Positions 59,625 through 64,000 of a DNA stretch of 64,000 nucleotides are shown here, one piece after another. The notes under the pieces were generated by a model. That model was given only the letters and a program-made list of their open reading frames with translations, did not search any database and was not told where the DNA came from. Numbering within the stretch: the first letter of the stretch is position 1; the number at the start of each line of letters is the position of its first letter. Position numbers and translations under genes: made by a program. This DNA is from Eledone cirrhosa (taxonomy: Eukaryota): contig OZ024740.1 of assembly GCA_964016885.1 (NCBI GenBank), positions 299,398,001 through 299,462,000 of the forward strand. The letters are read 5' to 3'.

Positions 59625-59626
<2 letters not shown>

Positions 59627-59868
59627 TTTTCTTTATTAACCACAAGGGTTCACATAAAGTAGACATTAAGGACAGTACAGGACAATACAGGACGGTACAA
59701 ATGGGCATTTCTGCGTGTAAAAAAACAGAGGTTGAAATAAAATAACAAAGAAAAATTCCCCAATAGGGGGGAGACTTCCAAGGGACATTTGTGGAGAAAG
59801 CCCATTAAAAGACCACAGTGGCCCTGACCACCAGGGCAAGTGCCCTCTCCCAGTTTTCCACCTTTAAT

Positions 59869-62800
59869 TTACAGACACATACTCAGAGAAGGCCCATTCA
59901 TTCGGGCCATACTTGCTTCTCTCACCCATCTTTCAACAAAATGCTGGGAAGATAGCACTTCCCTCTCTACCCTGATTTTCCTTTTCAAATGAAATTTGAA
60001 AAAGTTAATCAGGGCATCACCGAAGAGGTAAGTGCTCGTCTTCAGCCCTTTCAAACGTGTCCACCATACTATCTCTTTCGCCATGGCCACCAGACAGATA
60101 AAAACTGCCTGCCCTTCCAGGCTAAAGGAAGGGGGCGGGGCAATCCTCACGATGGACTCAGCTGATAGCTGGATCCGTCCTACACGTGACAGCAGGTGTT
60201 CGACATAAACCCACAAGTCAGCAATGCTCGGACACTGGACGAGTGCGTGCAGGACGGTTTCGTCGCCCTGCGCGCATCTCGGACATGCCCGGCTGACGGC
60301 ACCTCCATGCCTGTAGAGTTTATCCCGAACTGGCAAAGCTCCTCGGTAGCACTGCCAGGCCAGGGATTTCTGGAAGTTGTCCATAGGCCCCGGCCCGAAA
60401 GTCCTTCCGAAGAGATTGGCTAGTTGATTTTCGTCGACGCCTAGAGTTTCTCCAAGTACGTCGTCGCTCTTCCCCTCCACTAATCCCCTATAGAACGCCA
60501 AGGTAGAGTTTCCACCGATCACATTGCCCGATTGGTCGAGGGCTGTGAGCGCCTGAAGACATTCCAGTCTCCAAGCGCTCCCTCTCGGTCTTCGCTTGAC
60601 CCAGGACTGCAGCTCCGTCAAGGAGACGAGCTGGGGAAAAACGTGTCTTGCAAACGGCGACCACACCTGATCACCGTCGAGGAAGAGGTGGAGATGTCGT
60701 AGCCTGAGCGCGTGTCTGCGCATCATCAGCCACGGCATGCCCAGCCCTCCACGTAGCGGGTGTTGACAGCAGATTGACCGCCTGACCATCGGAGCGCGTC
60801 CCTTCCACAAGAAGCGAAAGAGCAAACGCTCCAGCGCAGTCAGGCGGGGCTTAGGACAAGGTACGACGGTTAGGCGGTAGTAGATGACGGATGCGATGTA
60901 CGCATTCGCCACCTCCGCTCGACCTTTCAGGGATAGCTTCCTCTCGGCCCATTTCTGGGTGAGAGAAGCCACCCTGCTCGTCACCTCGTCCCAGTTTTTG
61001 TCCGTCTGGAGGTCTGGACCGAAACAGACCCCTAACAATTTAACCGGTCCGTCCGTTCAGCGCCCGACGACGCTGTTGGACGGCATGGACCTGCCTCTCC
61101 AGGTGCCGAGCTGCAGGCCCACTGACTTTTCCTGGTTGATCATTGCTCCTGTCACCGCTTCGTATTCTCTTAGTGTAGTGCCGATCGCCTCGATGTGTTT
61201 GGCGTTCGACACCACTACGGTGACATCGTCGGCATATGCTGACACGGATCTTCCGCATCCTAGTTCGCGCGGGACCCCCCTCAACGTCTCCAGTTTGTGC
61301 AGTAATGGCTCGAGAGTCAATACGTACAATAGGGACGAGAGGGGACATCCTTGGCGGACCGAGCGCATGATGTTGAACGGTTCCGAAAGGTGACCGTTCA
61401 CTCTCACTACAGAGCAGATGTCGCTGTGCATGGCAGCGATCCAGCCTCTGAAGACGGGCCCAAAGCCAGCCGCCCTCAGGACTGCCGCTAGGTAACGATG
61501 GTCGACCCTATCGAAGGCTTTCGACTGATCGAAATTGATCAAAGACCCACCCGTGCCAGGTTCCCTAGCTACCCTCTCTACGATGTATCGCATGAGGTGG
61601 AGGTTGTCGTGGATGGATCTGTCGGGAATGGCGCATGTCTGTGCCTCTCCCACCAGACCACCAACGACAAGCGCCAACCTCTTTGCTAGCACCTTGGCCA
61701 AAATCTGGAACTCTGTGTTTAGCAGAGTTATGGGCCTAAAATTATCTATGTTATCCCCCTTGTTTGGATCCTTTCTCAGCAGCGCCACCGCTCCTCGGCT
61801 CACAGAGCTGGGAATTCTCCCGTTCTGTTGCCAGTTGCAGTAGACGTCCGCCAAGAGGCATCCGAACAAGTTTGGCATTTGTACGTAAAGTTCATAGGGC
61901 AGACCATCCAAACCAGGCGATTTACCCCTTGTGCAACTAGTCATTGCATCCCGTACTTCAGCGGTTGTTATCGGCTTTTCGCAACACTCCGCCTCAGTGG
62001 CCGAAAGCCGCGGCAGTCCGTCGAGGTAGACACTAAAGTCCATCCCTCGATCCGGCCCGCCACTGCCCCCGAACAGTTGAGCGAAGTGTCGCTGAAAAGC
62101 TTCACACATTTGCCCGGGATCGAGTAGCATGCGCCCGTCGTAGTCCACCAAAGACCGGATCGTGGCTTTGTTGCCACGACGCGCCTCCGCCACTCGGGCC
62201 CATTGAACGGCTTTCGTCCCCTCGTGTCTGAGAGCACGCACCCTAGCTCTGACAACGCAGCCTTCGTGCTTTGCATTGAAGAATTGGTCAAGGGCCAATT
62301 TCGCCGCAAGTACGTCGGTCGCGATGCCTTTGCTAAGCGCCTCATCTAATTTTCTAACTAATTCTCCCTCTGCTCTATTTTTCTCTATTGCTAAAGTCTT
62401 ACTAAACCTAATGGACTCTATTCTAATTGCTCTTTTCAGAGCAAACCACCACTTGTTGTTGACGATGGCCCCCGTCAACGCCCGCTTAACTAGTTCGCTA
62501 ATCCGGTCTCTGTAGGCCTTGCGCGCTGGTAAGGACGCGTTTAGCTTCCAGTAGCCGGGTCCTTGTCTATGAAGCCTATCTAAGTCAAGCACACAGATCA
62601 CGAATTTGTGGTCCGTGTAGCTGACTATCTTGAATTGTGGACAGCCTATGCTAGACCTATATATTTCCCTACAAAATACTCTATCTAGATATGATCTGGA
62701 TGACCCTATGCGATTTGTCCAAGTCCACATTGGTACATTCGGGAAATCCATTCGGTACCTGTCAGACAGTTCAAAACGTCTGAGCAGGTTGGTGAGACTC

Positions 62801-63288
62801 TTGCACCCTCCTTCCCTATCCACTAATCCCACACAATCCCAGCGTGCATCTAAGATCCCGTTCCAGTCGCCCACTAACACTAAAGAGCGGGACGTTCCAA
62901 GAAAGGTCTCCAGACGCCGGAAGAAATCAGGCGGCCCTGCTCCTGTCGGGGCATAGACGGCCACTAACCTGAAAGCTTGCCCGTCTCCGCTGGTCACGTC
63001 CAGCACCACCAACTTACCTTCTGGGTCCAGGAAGATGGCCCGTATGGCAAGATCCAAACCTCTCCGAAAAAGCACAGCAACTCCTCCCCCCGATCCCGGA
63101 CGGCTGGGAGATGCGTACACATCGTAGCCGCCGAAGATCGGTACGAAAGCCTGTGCTTCGGAGATTCTGGTCTCGCTGATGGCCACTACATCTATGTTTA
63201 GTGACCTGAGGTCGTTGAGCAGGTGGCCCTGCTTCCATGACGACCCCAAGCCACGCGCATTTATGCTGCCTATTCTGAGTGAGGTCAT
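59869..63288 (-). pseudogene. Tx1-type ORF2 (APE endonuclease, RT, zinc finger), ~1139 codons with one in-frame TGA at 61057-61059
   Basis: SINARGL, GDWN, YLDR, TDH, QGCPLS, AYADD, CPRC..ETVLHALVQC; the 743-aa and 389-aa ORFs are in the same frame. Confidence 0.92.
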
Positions 63289-63322
63289 GTTGAAAAGGAG
63301 TGGAAAAGATGGGAAAGACCAC

Positions 63323-64000
63323 TTACCTTACTTCTCGTAGGGGAAGGACGGTTTTTCCATCCTTTTCACTGCTTGTGGCCTCCTCAGGAAGGATGTCCTT
63401 ATAAATCCTCCTGGAGAGTGCTTGTCGGAAGTCTCCGATGTCTTTGGGGAATTTTTGTTTTAGTGTCATGTACGTTTTCTGTGTGATGCGAGTGATTTGT
63501 ATGTGTGGAGGTGGTGTGAATTTTGGGGTTGTTGTGTAGTCTTTTTCTGTGATGCTGGTGTTGTGTTGGATGTAGTGCAATAATTGCTTGTTGTTCAAAT
63601 TTAATGCTGTGTAGTGTGTATCGTTTTGGTTGTTTTGTTTTGTTTGCGTTTGTTGTGGGTTTGTTTCTGTTTCGCATTTTGGTGACTTTTGTGGTGTAGG
63701 TGATGGTGGTGTTGGAGTTAATGATGGTGATGGTGTTGGTGTTTGGGTTGATGGGGTTGGTGATGCTGGTGTGGATGGTGGCATATCTGTCCTAACTTTT
63801 TTGTTTCTTAGTTTATTTGTTTCCCTCTGTATTTTGTTTTTGGAGGGGGAAGGAAGAGAATTTTTTCTTTTTTGGTTTCTTTTTTTTTTCCCGGATATCG
63901 TTTCCCACTCCTCGTCGTCACAATCTGTCTCCAGTTGTGATAGGCCGGGGAGTGGAAAATCCTCCACAGCCGTTAGTTTTGGTTGTGGTGTGGTGGATGG
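63323..64000 (-). CDS. C-terminal part of LINE ORF1
   Basis: Open frame directly upstream of ORF2, Pro/Thr/Lys-rich; start lies outside window. Confidence 0.7.
   Translation of the reverse strand, partial: PSTTPQPKLTAVEDFPLPGLSQLETDCDDEEWETISGKKKRNQKRKNSLPSPSKNKIQRETNKLRNKKVRTDMPPSTPASPTPSTQTPTPSPSLTPTPPSPTPQKSPKCETETNPQQTQTKQNNQNDTHYTALNLNNKQLLHYIQHNTSITEKDYTTTPKFTPPPHIQITRITQKTYMTLKQKFPKDIGDFRQALSRRIYKDILPEEATSSEKDGKTVLPLREVR

Larger units (their letters stand above)
59625..64000 (-). mobile_element. Young Tx1/L1-clade LINE (ORF1 partial, ORF2, 3' UTR)
   Basis: Two tandem ORFs 34 nt apart; APE + RT + CCHC; 3' end abuts (ATT)n. Confidence 0.93.

Noticed and set aside
61057-61059. Programmed readthrough or Sec in Tx1 ORF2
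   Set aside because: A simple TGG-to-TGA mutation is more parsimonious; no supporting signal seen

Overview
AT-rich animal (non-prokaryotic) genomic DNA. The SINE types, LINE spectrum and microsatellite load suggest a cephalopod/octopus, but that is inference. No host gene exon is supportable. The window is almost entirely mobile DNA embedded in microsatellites: R4/Dong-clade RLE LINEs, a nearly intact Tx1/L1-clade LINE (59.6-64 kb, minus), several RTE fragments, five Penelope-like elements (PLEs; Neptune/Nematis-like and Naiad-like), many tRNA-derived SINEs, a Helitron-like end and a decayed DDE transposase. The most striking unexplained structure is a set of short, mostly unrelated asymmetric hairpin elements between (TA)n arrays. 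Each has an inverted repeat plus a one-sided 30-95 nt tail, many tails carry an (A/G)CTCRA motif, and many elements carry type I hammerhead ribozymes, including a family with a non-canonical CAGAAGA core. Element classes also sort by microsatellite type (TA, TAA, ATGT). All alignments and folds were done by eye and boundaries are approximate.
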